DNA of 51,041 nucleotides from Aquificota bacterium (GCA_015486105.1 WFSI01000033.1:1-51041), one strand, 5' to 3'. Shown: positions 40,754-50,506, counted from the stretch's first letter. Notes: a model not told the origin generated them from the letters alone. A program made the numbers and translations.

Positions 40754-41293
40754 ATGCCACTTGGCCATCTGATCCTTAAAACATCCAGGACAATAAGTAT
40801 GGCTCAAGAGGATGCCTAAGCTGCGCACAAAATACTGGGAAAGCCCTACCCATTCCCCCTTCTCGTCCTTCACCCTCCCACATACACAACACATAGGAAG
40901 AATGGTGCCCCCTCCTTTATATTTGAAGGAACCCTTCTTAAAGATCTCCCCAAGTCTGAAAAGAATTTCTTCTTCCTCCACAGGCTTAACCAAAAAGTCC
41001 CTACATCCCAGTCTCATGGATTCCACCACCCATTCCCAGGAAGCCCTCTCGGCAAGAACCATCACGTGAGGTCCATCCCATGGCCTCAGCACCTCCCTCA
41101 CCCAGCCCACACCCTCATCTCCCCTATCAAAGAGATCAAGAATGACCACATGGGGCTTGAAACCCTCTACTTCTGTAGAAGCCTGAGTAAGGGAATCGCA
41201 CACCCTCACCTGGTATCCACCTTCCTCCAAACAACGGGAAAGAAACTCCCTAAGGGTAGCCTCGCCATCCACAACGAGAACCCTACCCTTCAT
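40673..41293 (-). CDS. response regulator receiver domain with a Cys-rich C-terminal module
   Basis: ORF 40673..41314, with a likely start at ATG 41293. It has a receiver domain (RVLVVDGE...VVILDL...VLAERASW) and a C-terminal CCVCGRVKDEKGEWVGLSQYFVRSLGILLSHTYCPGC. The 3' end overlaps the convergent M50 gene by 81 nt. Confidence 0.75.
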   Translation of the reverse strand: MKGRVLVVDGEATLREFLSRCLEEGGYQVRVCDSLTQASTEVEGFKPHVVILDLFDRGDEGVGWVREVLRPWDGPHVMVLAERASWEWVVESMRLGCRDFLVKPVEEEEILFRLGEIFKKGSFKYKGGGTILPMCCVCGRVKDEKGEWVGLSQYFVRSLGILLSHTYCPGCFKDQMAKWHLPHEEDGHLPDKGGDKFESPENQEDH

Positions 41294-41473
41294 GAAACCC
41301 CTGGATAATACCACAAAACCTGGAGAACCCTAAAAGCACAATACAGCCCATCCTCTCTACCCTCTCCAATGACAAAAATCACGAAGCCTTCGAGGCCTCA
41401 TGATAGCGATAATATTTTGTATACAATTATGACCATAAAGTAAAGGGACAAATCAACAAAAAGATGGAGTCTA

Positions 41474-42334
41474 TCAAAGGAGAAAGCTGGTAAGGGTAAA
41501 AAGGAAGACTGACAAGCTTATATAGCCATTCATATTGAAAAAGGCCATGTCCAATTTGCTTAAATCCTTAGGCTTTATCAAGGAATGTTCATAGGTGAAA
41601 AGGACCAAGACTACAACCAATCCCAACCAATAGAACCACCCCATGTTGCACGCCCACCCTGCCCCTACCAATAACAAAAAGGTGAAACCATGGAAGAGGC
41701 GAGATAGATAGAGGGAAGGAGCCACTCCCAAGTACCGGGGAATGGAATAAAGGCCAAAGGACCTGTCAAAATCCACGTCCTGAAGGGCATAGAGAATGTC
41801 GAATCCCGCCACCCAGAAAAGAACAGCAAAACCCAGAAAAAGACCTGCAAGGTCTATCCTTCCCCTCACAGCTATCCACGCCCCCAAAGGGGCCATAGAG
41901 AGGGACAAACCCAACACCATATGGGAAGCCCAGGTGAAGCGCTTTGTGTAAGAGTAAAAAGCCGTGATAATCACGGCCACGGGGGAAAGCTTGAAACACA
42001 GGGGATTGAGCTGGTATGCAGCGAAGATCAAAAGGGCATACGATGCCAAAGAAAAGATAAAGACCTCCCTCTTGCCGAGCATCCCTCGGGGGATGGGCCT
42101 ATTCCGGGTTCGGGGATTGGCCGCATCAATGGTGGCATCAGCCCAACGATTGAAAGCCATGGCCCCCGACCTCGCCCCCAACATGGCCACACCTATCCAA
42201 AAAAGGACCCCAAGGGAAGGGATTCCCTGAGCCGCCATAAGGGCCCCTGTAAGGGCAAAAGGCAAGGCAAAAACCGTATGGGGAAGCTTCACCACCTCGG
42301 AAAAGAGCCTCAGCTTCTTCAAGACCCCTTCCAT
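41474..42334 (-). CDS. UbiA-family aromatic prenyltransferase (4-hydroxybenzoate polyprenyltransferase-like)
   Basis: 286 aa, polytopic, with the first Asp-rich motif NRWADATIDAANPRT and a second motif YALQDVDFD. Confidence 0.82.
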   Translation of the reverse strand: MEGVLKKLRLFSEVVKLPHTVFALPFALTGALMAAQGIPSLGVLFWIGVAMLGARSGAMAFNRWADATIDAANPRTRNRPIPRGMLGKREVFIFSLASYALLIFAAYQLNPLCFKLSPVAVIITAFYSYTKRFTWASHMVLGLSLSMAPLGAWIAVRGRIDLAGLFLGFAVLFWVAGFDILYALQDVDFDRSFGLYSIPRYLGVAPSLYLSRLFHGFTFLLLVGAGWACNMGWFYWLGLVVVLVLFTYEHSLIKPKDLSKLDMAFFNMNGYISLSVFLFTLTSFLL

Positions 42335-42816
42335 TTCTTCACCCCTATACCTTCTGAAGCAAGGGCCCTCTCAAGCCTTTCTCCATACTCATCAGAGGGA
42401 GGAGTAATACAAACCTCCCTCCTATCTCCATCTTTCACCTTAAAAAACAGCCTCCACCCCTGAGTAGAACTCCAAAACCCCTCCGCCTTCTCCCCCCACT
42501 CCACTACCACCACACCCTCTTCCCCTAAGCACTCCTCCAACCCCAGATCCCAGAGATCAACAGAACCTTCAAGGCGGTAAAGATCTACGTGATAAAGGGG
42601 GCACTTACCCTCATACTCATTAATCAAGGTGAAAGTAGGACTAACGATGGGCTCTTCTATAGCCAGGGCCCTGGCTACACCTTGGGTAAAGGTGGTCTTA
42701 CCCGCCCCTAAGTCCCCATCCAAAGCCAGGATACACCCCTGCCCTGCCACCTTCACTAAGGTTTCCCCCAAAAGCTGAGTCTGCCCAGGGCCTTCTGTAA
42801 CCAACTTAAGGATCAT
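42319..42816 (-). CDS. tsaE: tRNA t6A37 biosynthesis ATPase TsaE (YjeE)
   Basis: 165 aa with [13 protein letters not shown] and SPTFTL...HVDLYRL. Confidence 0.88.
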   Translation of the reverse strand: MILKLVTEGPGQTQLLGETLVKVAGQGCILALDGDLGAGKTTFTQGVARALAIEEPIVSPTFTLINEYEGKCPLYHVDLYRLEGSVDLWDLGLEECLGEEGVVVVEWGEKAEGFWSSTQGWRLFFKVKDGDRREVCITPPSDEYGERLERALASEGIGVKKWKGS

Positions 42817-43730
42817 CCAGCAATAAGGGCGTAAAGAACGGCCATCCTCACCGCAACGCCATTAGTCACCTGATCCAATATCACGTTTCTGGGATAGTCA
42901 GACACCTCAGGAGAAAGTTCAACCCCCCAGTTCACCGGTCCTGGATGCATGACCATTAGATCCTCGGCTATTCTTCTTTTAAGTTTATCCATATTAAGGC
43001 CAAAATACTTGGAATACTCCCTCAAAGACGGAAAAAGGGGAGAAGTCTGTCTCTCCAGCTGAATCCTTAGCATAATCACCACATCCACCTCCTCCAGAAC
43101 CATGTCCACGGATGGAGCCACCGAGACACCCATAGACTCGATACTTGGAGGCATCATAGTGGGGGGCCCCACAGCAACCACATGGGCCCCCAATTTCACC
43201 AAGCCATGAATATCAGACCTGGCCACCCTGCTGTGAGTGATATCCCCCGCAACGGCAACCCTAAGCCCCTGGATTTTTCCCTTAACCTCCCTGATAGTAA
43301 AAAGGTCCAGAAGACCCTGGGTGGGGTGCTCGTGGGCTCCATCCCCAGCATTCACTACAGGGGCCTCCAAAACCCTGGAGAGATACCTGGATGCGCCAGA
43401 AGCCTTGTGCCTCACCACAACAGCGTCCACGCCCATAGCCTCTATATTTCGAGCTGTGTCTTTGAGGGTCTCTCCTTTGGTGAGACTGCTGGTTGCAGCA
43501 GAAAAGTTGACCACATCCGCCGATAGCCTCTTACCAGCCATCTCAAAAGACGTACGAGTCCGAGTGCTGGGCTCGAAAAAGAGGTTCACCACCGTCTTTC
43601 CCCTCAGGGTAGGCACCTTCCTGATATCCCGCGTAAGCACCTCCTTCATAGACTCAGCCGTATCCAAGAGATAAAGGATATCTTCCTTGGAAAGATCCGC
43701 CAAGGCCACCAGATCTTTACCCCGCAACAT
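42813..43730 (-). CDS. pyrB: aspartate carbamoyltransferase catalytic subunit
   Basis: ORF 42813..43769. Start chosen at MLRGKDLV (43730). It has the STRTR, HPTQ and HPGP motifs. Confidence 0.9.
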   Translation of the reverse strand: MLRGKDLVALADLSKEDILYLLDTAESMKEVLTRDIRKVPTLRGKTVVNLFFEPSTRTRTSFEMAGKRLSADVVNFSAATSSLTKGETLKDTARNIEAMGVDAVVVRHKASGASRYLSRVLEAPVVNAGDGAHEHPTQGLLDLFTIREVKGKIQGLRVAVAGDITHSRVARSDIHGLVKLGAHVVAVGPPTMMPPSIESMGVSVAPSVDMVLEEVDVVIMLRIQLERQTSPLFPSLREYSKYFGLNMDKLKRRIAEDLMVMHPGPVNWGVELSPEVSDYPRNVILDQVTNGVAVRMAVLYALIAG

Positions 43731-44286
43731 CCTCTTCCTCCACCAGAACCACCTTATCCTCCTCGTCAACCTCCCTCAGAAAGACCAGCACATTCTCATT
43801 GAGGGATGTGGGCACTACCCTCCCCACATAGTCAGGCTGGATAGGCAACTCCCTATGGCCCCTGTCCACCAAAACCGCTAGCTGGATGTTCTGGGGCCTA
43901 CCCAGATCCATGACAGCATCCAAGGCCGCCCGGGTAGTTCTGCCCGTAAAGATCACATCATCCACCAGCACCAGCCTTTTACCATCCAAAGGGAAGGGGA
44001 TTTCTGTTCTTCCTACCTTGGGATGCTGGGCTAAAAGACTGAGATCATCCCTGTAAAGGGTTATGTCCAGCACACCCATGGGCACCTTTTTACCCAAAAC
44101 CTTGGCTATCATATTTGCCATGCGGCGTGCCAGCACATCCCCCCTCCTCCTCACCCCAACCAGGGCCAAACCCTCTCCCCCCTTGCTCCTCTCCAAGAAC
44201 TCATGAACCATGCGCTTAAGGGTCCTTTCTATAGAATCCCCATTCATAAGAACCTTTTTAAATCTGAAATGCTGGGGAATTTCCAT
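43717..44286 (-). CDS. pyrR: bifunctional pyrimidine operon regulator / uracil phosphoribosyltransferase
   Basis: ORF 43717..44301 with the PRPP-binding loop [16 protein letters not shown] 44286 overlaps the ppiD stop by 1 nt; 44301 is an alternative start. Confidence 0.88.
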   Translation of the reverse strand: MEIPQHFRFKKVLMNGDSIERTLKRMVHEFLERSKGGEGLALVGVRRRGDVLARRMANMIAKVLGKKVPMGVLDITLYRDDLSLLAQHPKVGRTEIPFPLDGKRLVLVDDVIFTGRTTRAALDAVMDLGRPQNIQLAVLVDRGHRELPIQPDYVGRVVPTSLNENVLVFLREVDEEDKVVLVEEEDVAG

Positions 44287-46133
44287 CACAGGGCCCCCCA
44301 AAGCCTCTCATTCATCTTCACCTCTACCCTGCTCCTTAAGTCCTTGAACCACTGATCCTCTAACTCCTTCCGCCTCCTGGACAAAAGAGCCTTCTCCACC
44401 TGGGGCCTAAGTTTCTCTATCACCCCTTCCTTGATCTCTTGTCTGTCCGCCACGGTAAAAACCACTATCCCCTTACCCTTCTTGGCCCAGGCGTATCCCC
44501 CCTTATCCAGATCAAAGGCCTTCTCGACAACCTGCCTCTCCCAGAGACCCGGAGCTGCCCGGCTGATGAAAGGCGAAACCTTGATCTCCACCCTGGATAT
44601 GCCCATGGCTTTCAAGGCCCCCTTCAAGCCCTTGGACTCAGCCTGCTTAGCAAGCCGCCCAGCCTTCTTGTAGAGAAGCTCCTGGGCCTTCTGAAGCCTG
44701 ACGGCCTTCTCCACCCGGTCCTTAACATCCTTCAAAGATGGGATATAGGAGGGCCTCTTCTCCAAAACCTTCAAGATATAAAAGCCCTCTTCGGTCCTGA
44801 CAATATCCGAAAAGGAACCCTCTGCCACTTCAAAGGCCACCTGGGCCAATTTGGGAGGTGACTTGGAGATTCCTTCCCCTTTTGAGAAGAAGGGAGATGT
44901 AACCACAGAGAGACCCAAGGCCTTGGCCACTTCCTCCATGGAGGAACCCCTTTTCAGCATTTGTCTGGCCCGGGCCGCATTTCTAAGGGCCTCTTTCCTA
45001 GCCGCCTCCCCCAAAAGGTGGTTTTCTATCACATCCTTCACTTCACTAAAGGGCTTTATCTCCCCTTCCTCTTTCTCCACAACCTTGAAAATCTTGAACT
45101 CCTTCCCCACCTTTACTGGCTTAGAAAGGGCTCCCTCCCCCAAGGGTGACACGGCTCGGGCAACGGTGGTAGGAAGAGAGGTAACCTCAACCCATCCCAT
45201 ATCTCCCCCCTTAGCAGCCAAAGGATCCCGAGAGTAACGCCGAGCCACCTCTGAAAACCTCTGGTTGCCAAGGGCTTTTTCTACCTTGTTCAAGTCCTTC
45301 TTGTCCCTAAGGGTAATGACCAACAGATGCACCTTGGGAGGAGCAGGAAAATCCTCCATATTCTCCTGGTAATACTTCTTCATATCCCCCTCTCCCACTT
45401 TCACCCTCTTCTTGAAATCCCCAATGAGAAAGGGAATGTAAGCAACCTTCACCTTCTCCGGAACCCTGAACTCCTCCTTGTGCTTCTGATAGTAAGGACC
45501 TAGATCGCCCTCCACCTCCACCTTGTCGGCGAAAAACCCAGGCGTGAGTTCGGCGTATCTGAGCTTTATCTTCTCCATCCCATAGAGGATCTCATCCCTC
45601 ACCTCCGCCGGAGAAACCACCGCACTATCCCTAACCATGGCCAGGACCTTCTCCTTCAACAGGGAAGCCTCTATATCCCCCTCGAACTCGGCGGGAGTTA
45701 GCCTGTTGAGCTGGAGGATCTGCTTGTACCTCTGGGGGTCAAACCTCCCATTGGTCTTGAAGGCCTCCATCTTGGATATCTCATCCACCACTTCCTGGGA
45801 GTAGACTTTGATGCCCTCCTTCTGAGCCACCACCTCTATTAGCTTGTCGTTGATAAGGTTATTCAGCACCTGCTCTTTGAGATGAATCCTTTTCATGAGG
45901 TCCTCGCTAAACTTGTCTTTGAACATCTTCCTGTAAAAATCATAAGCTCGGGCGTAAGACTTTCTGAACTCCATATATGTGATAACCCTATTACCCACAT
46001 GGGCCAGAGTGTCCTTACTACCCTTAAGCCCCCCTTTACCCCACACCAGAAAAATGGTCCCTATAAAAGCTGCCACCACGATCCAGAGGGCCACACTCAG
46101 AGATTTCATATTCTCTCTCATGGTCCTAAGCAT
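44286..46133 (-). CDS. ppiD: periplasmic chaperone PpiD-like (membrane-anchored parvulin-domain protein)
   Basis: ORF 44286..46166. It has an N-terminal TM anchor ([21 protein letters not shown]), a long SurA-N-like region and a parvulin core (GGDMGWV). Start chosen at ATG 46133. Confidence 0.8.
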   Translation of the reverse strand: MLRTMRENMKSLSVALWIVVAAFIGTIFLVWGKGGLKGSKDTLAHVGNRVITYMEFRKSYARAYDFYRKMFKDKFSEDLMKRIHLKEQVLNNLINDKLIEVVAQKEGIKVYSQEVVDEISKMEAFKTNGRFDPQRYKQILQLNRLTPAEFEGDIEASLLKEKVLAMVRDSAVVSPAEVRDEILYGMEKIKLRYAELTPGFFADKVEVEGDLGPYYQKHKEEFRVPEKVKVAYIPFLIGDFKKRVKVGEGDMKKYYQENMEDFPAPPKVHLLVITLRDKKDLNKVEKALGNQRFSEVARRYSRDPLAAKGGDMGWVEVTSLPTTVARAVSPLGEGALSKPVKVGKEFKIFKVVEKEEGEIKPFSEVKDVIENHLLGEAARKEALRNAARARQMLKRGSSMEEVAKALGLSVVTSPFFSKGEGISKSPPKLAQVAFEVAEGSFSDIVRTEEGFYILKVLEKRPSYIPSLKDVKDRVEKAVRLQKAQELLYKKAGRLAKQAESKGLKGALKAMGISRVEIKVSPFISRAAPGLWERQVVEKAFDLDKGGYAWAKKGKGIVVFTVADRQEIKEGVIEKLRPQVEKALLSRRRKELEDQWFKDLRSRVEVKMNERLWGAL

Positions 46134-46251
46134 ACCCTTTCCCCCTTCCCCTTTCTGTGCACCCATCTTTATACTCCAGAGACAATACCATCAAGGCCAA
46201 AGACCTCCAACCCATGGAGGGAAAAGAGCAATGCTCCTGGAGGTCTTGATC

Positions 46252-46280
46252 TTGACATGCCATGGAGGTGAATATATAAG
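46252..46280 (+). promoter_or_regulatory. sigma70-like promoter for the tRNA-Gly/tRNA-Cys pair
   Basis: TTGACA (46252..46257), a 17-nt spacer, then TATAAG (46275..46280). The -10 element ends 15 nt before the tRNA-Gly 5' end. Confidence 0.5.
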
Positions 46281-46295
46281 AACTTTCACCATTGA

Positions 46296-46370
46296 GCGGG
46301 AATAGCTCAGGGGTAGAGCACTGCCTTGCCAAGGCAGGGGTCGCGGGTTCAAATCCCGTTTCCCGCTCCA
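46296..46370 (+). tRNA. tRNA-Gly (anticodon GCC), encoded CCA
   Basis: Hand-folded 75-nt cloverleaf: GCGGGAA acceptor stem, anticodon stem CTGCC/GGCAG, loop TTGCCAA, and T-loop GGTTCAAATCC. Confidence 0.9.
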
Positions 46371-46380
46371 TTCTCTATCA

Positions 46381-46455
46381 GGCGGCATAGCCAAGTGGTA
46401 AGGCAGGGGACTGCAAATCCCTCATTCCCCGGTTCAAATCCGGGTGCCGCCTCCA
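46381..46455 (+). tRNA. tRNA-Cys (anticodon GCA), encoded CCA
   Basis: Hand-folded 75-nt cloverleaf: GGCGGCA acceptor stem, anticodon loop CUGCAAA, and T-arm CCCGG/CCGGG. Confidence 0.88.
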
Positions 46456-46500
46456 AGAAAATCAATAACTTACAAACCATAAAGCAAACCTCAAAATTGA

Positions 46501-46522
46501 AATTTCTAACATATTTCTAACA
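46501..46522. repeat. tandem 11-bp direct repeat (A/T)ATTTCTAACA x2 in the AT-rich tRNA-Cys 3' flank
   Basis: Read directly: aatttctaaca (46501..46511) then tatttctaaca (46512..46522). Confidence 0.7.
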
Positions 46523-46774
46523 AACTATCAGAAAACTCATCAATACCTTATTATTATAAGAACTCTGCAATTAGAGGATCTTTTATGATAATTCGTATAA
46601 TCCAATAAGTGAAAGCAGAGCTTAAAAGTAATTTTTCTCTTCCACCCCTTGAATGAAGTCGAGGGAGACATAGCCATTGTGATGGGCCAGAGCCAGGAGT
46701 GAAGCCCATTGGACCAAAGTATCCATCTGTTTCAGTGAAACTCCCCACCCATTCCAGGATCCAGAGAAAACTGG

Positions 46775-47026
46775 TTATCTTCCCGATGGAGTAGGTGAAC
46801 ACTTGGGAGTGAAATCACTGGGGAGTTTGGACTGGGGTGCGCGGGTTCCAGCGGTGACTCGAATTTCCGCTATAGTCCCAGCCGGGCTGCCACCTCCTCG
46901 TAGTCTGGAGCCTCGGCGTAGAGCTTTCGCCCCGCGCGGCCCGAGCGAGAGTGACCAGCCCGACTTGCTCAGGTTCAGTGTCACGCCCGGTGCGATTTTG
47001 ATTCTCCTCCAAAAACGAAAGCTCAT
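46775..47026 (-). CDS. DUF4236-like small protein (N-terminal motif only)
   Basis: 83-aa ORF. The first 35 aa (MSFRFWRRIKIAPGVTLNLSKSGWSLSLGPRGAKA) match the DUF4236 signature. The rest is Arg/Gly/Pro-rich and unlike the family. The start overlaps the upstream stop as ATGA. Confidence 0.5.
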   Translation of the reverse strand: MSFRFWRRIKIAPGVTLNLSKSGWSLSLGPRGAKALRRGSRLRGGGSPAGTIAEIRVTAGTRAPQSKLPSDFTPKCSPTPSGR

Positions 47027-47805
47027 AATCCGCCTCCCTTCGCCGCTTGCAGGCTTTCTGTGCGGAGCATGATTAAATCTTGGTCTAGGCCCTGCCGGAG
47101 CACATCTAGACGATGGGAAACTGCTACCAGCTGCTCTGTGGAAATGGGTCTCAAGCGAAACGGGAAAAGACTTGGCGACTCAAAGGCTGCTCTCAATGTA
47201 ATTGAACCGTTGGGTCGAGAGTACAATAAAGCCTCGGCCAACCAAGCGATAAGCTCCACTCGAGCTATGTGTAGTGAAAGCCCAGCGGTATAGAAGCCTT
47301 TTCCCGACGTATCTTTTAAGACACCCCAATCTACGAAGCTCCGCAGCACCCGGCGTGTTGCTCTATACACCGTTTCGCGTTCCCCATATTGCTCCCGCAC
47401 ACGGCGCTGTACCTGGCTAGCCGCAGCCATTCCCTGAAGCCTGAGCAATCGCCCCACATGAGCCGCTACAGCTCCCCAGAAAGGATATACCGCCATAGCC
47501 ATACCCCAATGGACTGCGATATGATCTTCCCGAGGCAGTTGTGAGAGAAGTTCGAGGCCTTCATGCTGAAGAGAATGAAGGTCGCGCGGGGGACGGACCC
47601 AGATCTTCATTAGGATGGTGATCGCCTTCTCCCGATTGCCACGTTGGGCCTCCCCACCCACGGAAAGCTTCTCTTCGAGCAATTCTTGGAGGGCACTGTA
47701 AATAGAAGCCACGTCGTTCCCGGCAAGCACCAGATTGGCAGTTCTCTCCAACCATTCAAGACGAATGCGCTGGCTGAAACCGATCTGGGTTAGGCGATTG
47801 TTCAT
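47023..47805 (-). CDS. 260-aa helical protein in the brxA position of a BREX-like cluster (function unknown)
   Basis: Clean ORF that is ATGA-coupled to genes on both sides. It is helical with a C-terminal winged-helix-like stretch (RVLRSFVDWGVLKDTSGKGFY). The BrxA/DUF1819 assignment rests on position and vague resemblance only. Confidence 0.4.
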   Translation of the reverse strand: MNNRLTQIGFSQRIRLEWLERTANLVLAGNDVASIYSALQELLEEKLSVGGEAQRGNREKAITILMKIWVRPPRDLHSLQHEGLELLSQLPREDHIAVHWGMAMAVYPFWGAVAAHVGRLLRLQGMAAASQVQRRVREQYGERETVYRATRRVLRSFVDWGVLKDTSGKGFYTAGLSLHIARVELIAWLAEALLYSRPNGSITLRAAFESPSLFPFRLRPISTEQLVAVSHRLDVLRQGLDQDLIMLRTESLQAAKGGGL

Positions 47806-49811
47806 CGGGCACTCCTATAAATCTGGACATAAGGAACGAGCAGTTCCTCTAAACTAATGCCTCCGTGACAAACAAGGACTTCGCTTTTTCTTACAAAAGC
47901 AACCCGGTTCGGAGCGATAAGGGCGAAATACTCTTCTGGGAGGCCAACAGGTGGCCACTCCAAAGAATCAGGAAATCGCTCTTTTACTTGAGCCCTGAGT
48001 ATGGGGTCGGAGTAGACACGCACGCGTTGTCCACGGAGGTCGGCAACAGCCCCCTCTTTAGGTTGCCCTATGCCTTTCGCCTCGATATTGCCATGGTCCG
48101 AGGCAAGATAAACTTGAAAACCCCAATCATGGAGAAGACCAAGAAGGTTCCGCAAGAATCCTTGCCTAACCCATTGCCGAACCTGGTTATGCATACCTGC
48201 GGTACCTAGTTCCATGCCGTGCATAATCCGGTCAACCTTGTCTATTACCAGTCCTACGATGCGTAGTTTAGGTAGACTCAGCAGCTCGGAAACTTGATCC
48301 AGGTCTCCATCGCCCAGCCCTTTGGCATAAGCCACCTCATTTGCACTAAGACCCCTGTCAGCCCAGAACTGGGCCCAGAGACCGGGTTCCTTGTTTGTAG
48401 TATGGATACTCTCAGGGAAATAGAAGGGGATCTTGCCGGAGAAAGCAGCCTGCCTGGAGACTGAGGTGATGGTAGGAATCCAGGAAAAGAGCACTTCTTC
48501 ACGGAATCGCAAATTTGGATCCAGCTCCCCAAGCTCCTCCTTCAAGATAACCCATTGGTCTAGGGCAAGGCCATCCACCAGAAGAAAAGCAAGTTTTGAG
48601 CCTCGGTCCCTGAGTATTGAGTAGGCGAAAAATCGAGGAAGGTGATGGAGCATGATGGGCTTTGTAGCTGGGAGATTGATAAGACTTGCGTAGTGCTTGG
48701 TTACCCATTTCAAGAATCGCGTGTCCACCTGGACCGTGAGCTCCTCGACCCTTTCGCACAATTTCTCCTTTTCTTCACCCAACGCCCAGTCCTCGGTACT
48801 CAGCACTTTGAGCTGTGCCCATCGATAGGCGAATTTGAGCCACTCCTCATAACGCGCCTCCACTTCGGGGATGGTTTCCCCTATAGAATCCAACAGCCCC
48901 CTAAAACGGCGAAGGCGGTTTTCCATTGGAGAGATTTTGATGCCATAGGCTACCCAGCTCTTGGCAAGATCCTCGGCTTGCGGATGAGGAACAGGTTGAA
49001 GCAGGCCCTCCAGGAAGAGATTGTCGATATAAACGCGAACGTCGTCGTGGTCAAAAGGCAAAAGTGCAGGTCCTGGGAACTCGAAGTCGTAGCGCGAGGT
49101 GTCCTCATGAACGGCACCGTCCTTTGGCTTTGCCATTGAGTCAAGGAACGCCGACCAGCGTTCTTGCAAGAACGCGAAAAAGGCTTGCGCATCTGGAACA
49201 ATGGCTTCTAAAGGCCAATCCTGGAATAGGCCACTTTGGCGAAGGACCTGGATAAAGCGCTCGTCGAGGGTGGCTGGAATTCTAATGCCTCGGTAATGGC
49301 GGCGTAGCAAGACCCGGAGCAAGTCTGAAGGCGTCTTTATGAGTTCAGGAGCGATTTCAAACACGTGGCGAAGAACAAAATCCTTAGTGGCATTATCGCC
49401 AAGAGGCCCTGGGTTGAACCTTTCCTGGGCATCGTACAGTGCATCTAGATAGGCCCGGTCAAGTGCTGCGATGACGGGATAACTAAGGTTCGGGAAGAGA
49501 TCACCCAGGTTGAAGGAGAGCTTGCGCCCTGCCTGGAGCAAGTCGTAGGGCAAGGAATGGAGATCGTTGGAGGGCGATCTCAACACGACCACCAAGTCTG
49601 TCTCCTCTCCCCGGTCCCAACGGGAGCGAAACCTGGATTCGTAGGCATAGCGAAAAGTGATGTGATCCTCGAATGGGATCAGCTCAAACCCCCTTTCTCG
49701 GATCCCTTGGAGGATATCTTCTTCAAGGAGTAGACCGTCTGGGTCCGCGACCAGGGTAAGCCGAGCAACCTGGGGTGTAAACTCACCAAGGATCTGGTCA
49801 CGCCAACTCAT
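47802..49811 (-). CDS. pglZ: PglZ-domain protein (alkaline-phosphatase fold, BREX component)
   Basis: 669 aa. The C-terminal half has the PglZ signatures LAFLLVDGLALDQW, PTITSVSRQAAFSG, YLASDHGN and VCHGGISLEELLVPYVQI. Confidence 0.8.
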   Translation of the reverse strand: MSWRDQILGEFTPQVARLTLVADPDGLLLEEDILQGIRERGFELIPFEDHITFRYAYESRFRSRWDRGEETDLVVVLRSPSNDLHSLPYDLLQAGRKLSFNLGDLFPNLSYPVIAALDRAYLDALYDAQERFNPGPLGDNATKDFVLRHVFEIAPELIKTPSDLLRVLLRRHYRGIRIPATLDERFIQVLRQSGLFQDWPLEAIVPDAQAFFAFLQERWSAFLDSMAKPKDGAVHEDTSRYDFEFPGPALLPFDHDDVRVYIDNLFLEGLLQPVPHPQAEDLAKSWVAYGIKISPMENRLRRFRGLLDSIGETIPEVEARYEEWLKFAYRWAQLKVLSTEDWALGEEKEKLCERVEELTVQVDTRFLKWVTKHYASLINLPATKPIMLHHLPRFFAYSILRDRGSKLAFLLVDGLALDQWVILKEELGELDPNLRFREEVLFSWIPTITSVSRQAAFSGKIPFYFPESIHTTNKEPGLWAQFWADRGLSANEVAYAKGLGDGDLDQVSELLSLPKLRIVGLVIDKVDRIMHGMELGTAGMHNQVRQWVRQGFLRNLLGLLHDWGFQVYLASDHGNIEAKGIGQPKEGAVADLRGQRVRVYSDPILRAQVKERFPDSLEWPPVGLPEEYFALIAPNRVAFVRKSEVLVCHGGISLEELLVPYVQIYRSAR

Positions 49812-50506
49812 CGCTCTTCACCGAGCAAATCCCATGGCGTTACAATCCCAAGTGGACGTTCCTTAGACTTGCCACTTTCTGTTATAAGGATGGCCTGGAG
49901 GCGGGGAATGCCTCTGCCAATAGCTTTCTCAAACATCTCGAAAGCTGCATCCAATGGATCGTTCCGTGACAAGTATCGACATATTCCCCTTTCTTCAAAA
50001 GCCAAAGCGTCGACTACAGTAGCTTCTTCAAGATCTGCGAGACCTACATCACGAGCGTCTTCTAACCATTTTACGATGCCTTCCGATGAAAGTAGAACAT
50101 ATTCGCCTTCATGATCTACCACCACCTGTGAGAAGTCGTTCTCTTTCATAAAGCTTATACAATCGGTGAGAGAGTCTTCGTCGGTAAATATACGGATAGC
50201 TCTCTGGAATTTGGGGATGAGCTTCGGTGGCCTTGCAATTGATTTAAGCACAGATTCCAATTCTTGAACTACTTCGGGTCGAGGATCGGCCAAAATCGTC
50301 TCGGGATAACAGCGATCGTGGACAATTGCGTTTCGCAATTGTCCTATACTCAAAAGGATCTCTTTACGTCTACGCACAGTGACGTCCTTTTGGGCTGCAA
50401 ATTCAACAACGGCAGTGAAGGACTTGTCCCTCTCAAGGCCAGTTCTCTGGCGGAGCAAGTCGTCTAGTTCATTGAACTTCTGGACAAACAGATCACCGCT
50501 TCTCAT
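49808..50506 (-). CDS. HEPN-like (R-x4-H) N-terminal domain fused to a CBS-domain pair
   Basis: 232 aa. The N-terminal roughly 95 aa are helical with SIGQLRNAIVHD (RNAIVH = R-x4-H). Two CBS-like repeats follow (IRIFTDEDSL...FSQVVVDHEGEYVLLSSEGIVKWL, and RYLSRNDPL...QAILITESGKSKERPLGIVTPWDLL). Confidence 0.55.
   Translation of the reverse strand: MRSGDLFVQKFNELDDLLRQRTGLERDKSFTAVVEFAAQKDVTVRRRKEILLSIGQLRNAIVHDRCYPETILADPRPEVVQELESVLKSIARPPKLIPKFQRAIRIFTDEDSLTDCISFMKENDFSQVVVDHEGEYVLLSSEGIVKWLEDARDVGLADLEEATVVDALAFEERGICRYLSRNDPLDAAFEMFEKAIGRGIPRLQAILITESGKSKERPLGIVTPWDLLGEER

Noticed and set aside
43717-44301. PyrR-binding attenuator upstream of pyrR or pyrB.
   Set aside because: The pyrR start overlaps the ppiD stop and pyrB overlaps the pyrR end, which leaves no leader in which a binding loop/terminator switch could sit.
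46554-46802. 82-aa minus-strand ORF in the tRNA-Cys flank.
   Set aside because: It has no SD, no recognisable motif and odd composition, and it spans the AT-rich junction. It is probably noncoding or a decayed remnant.
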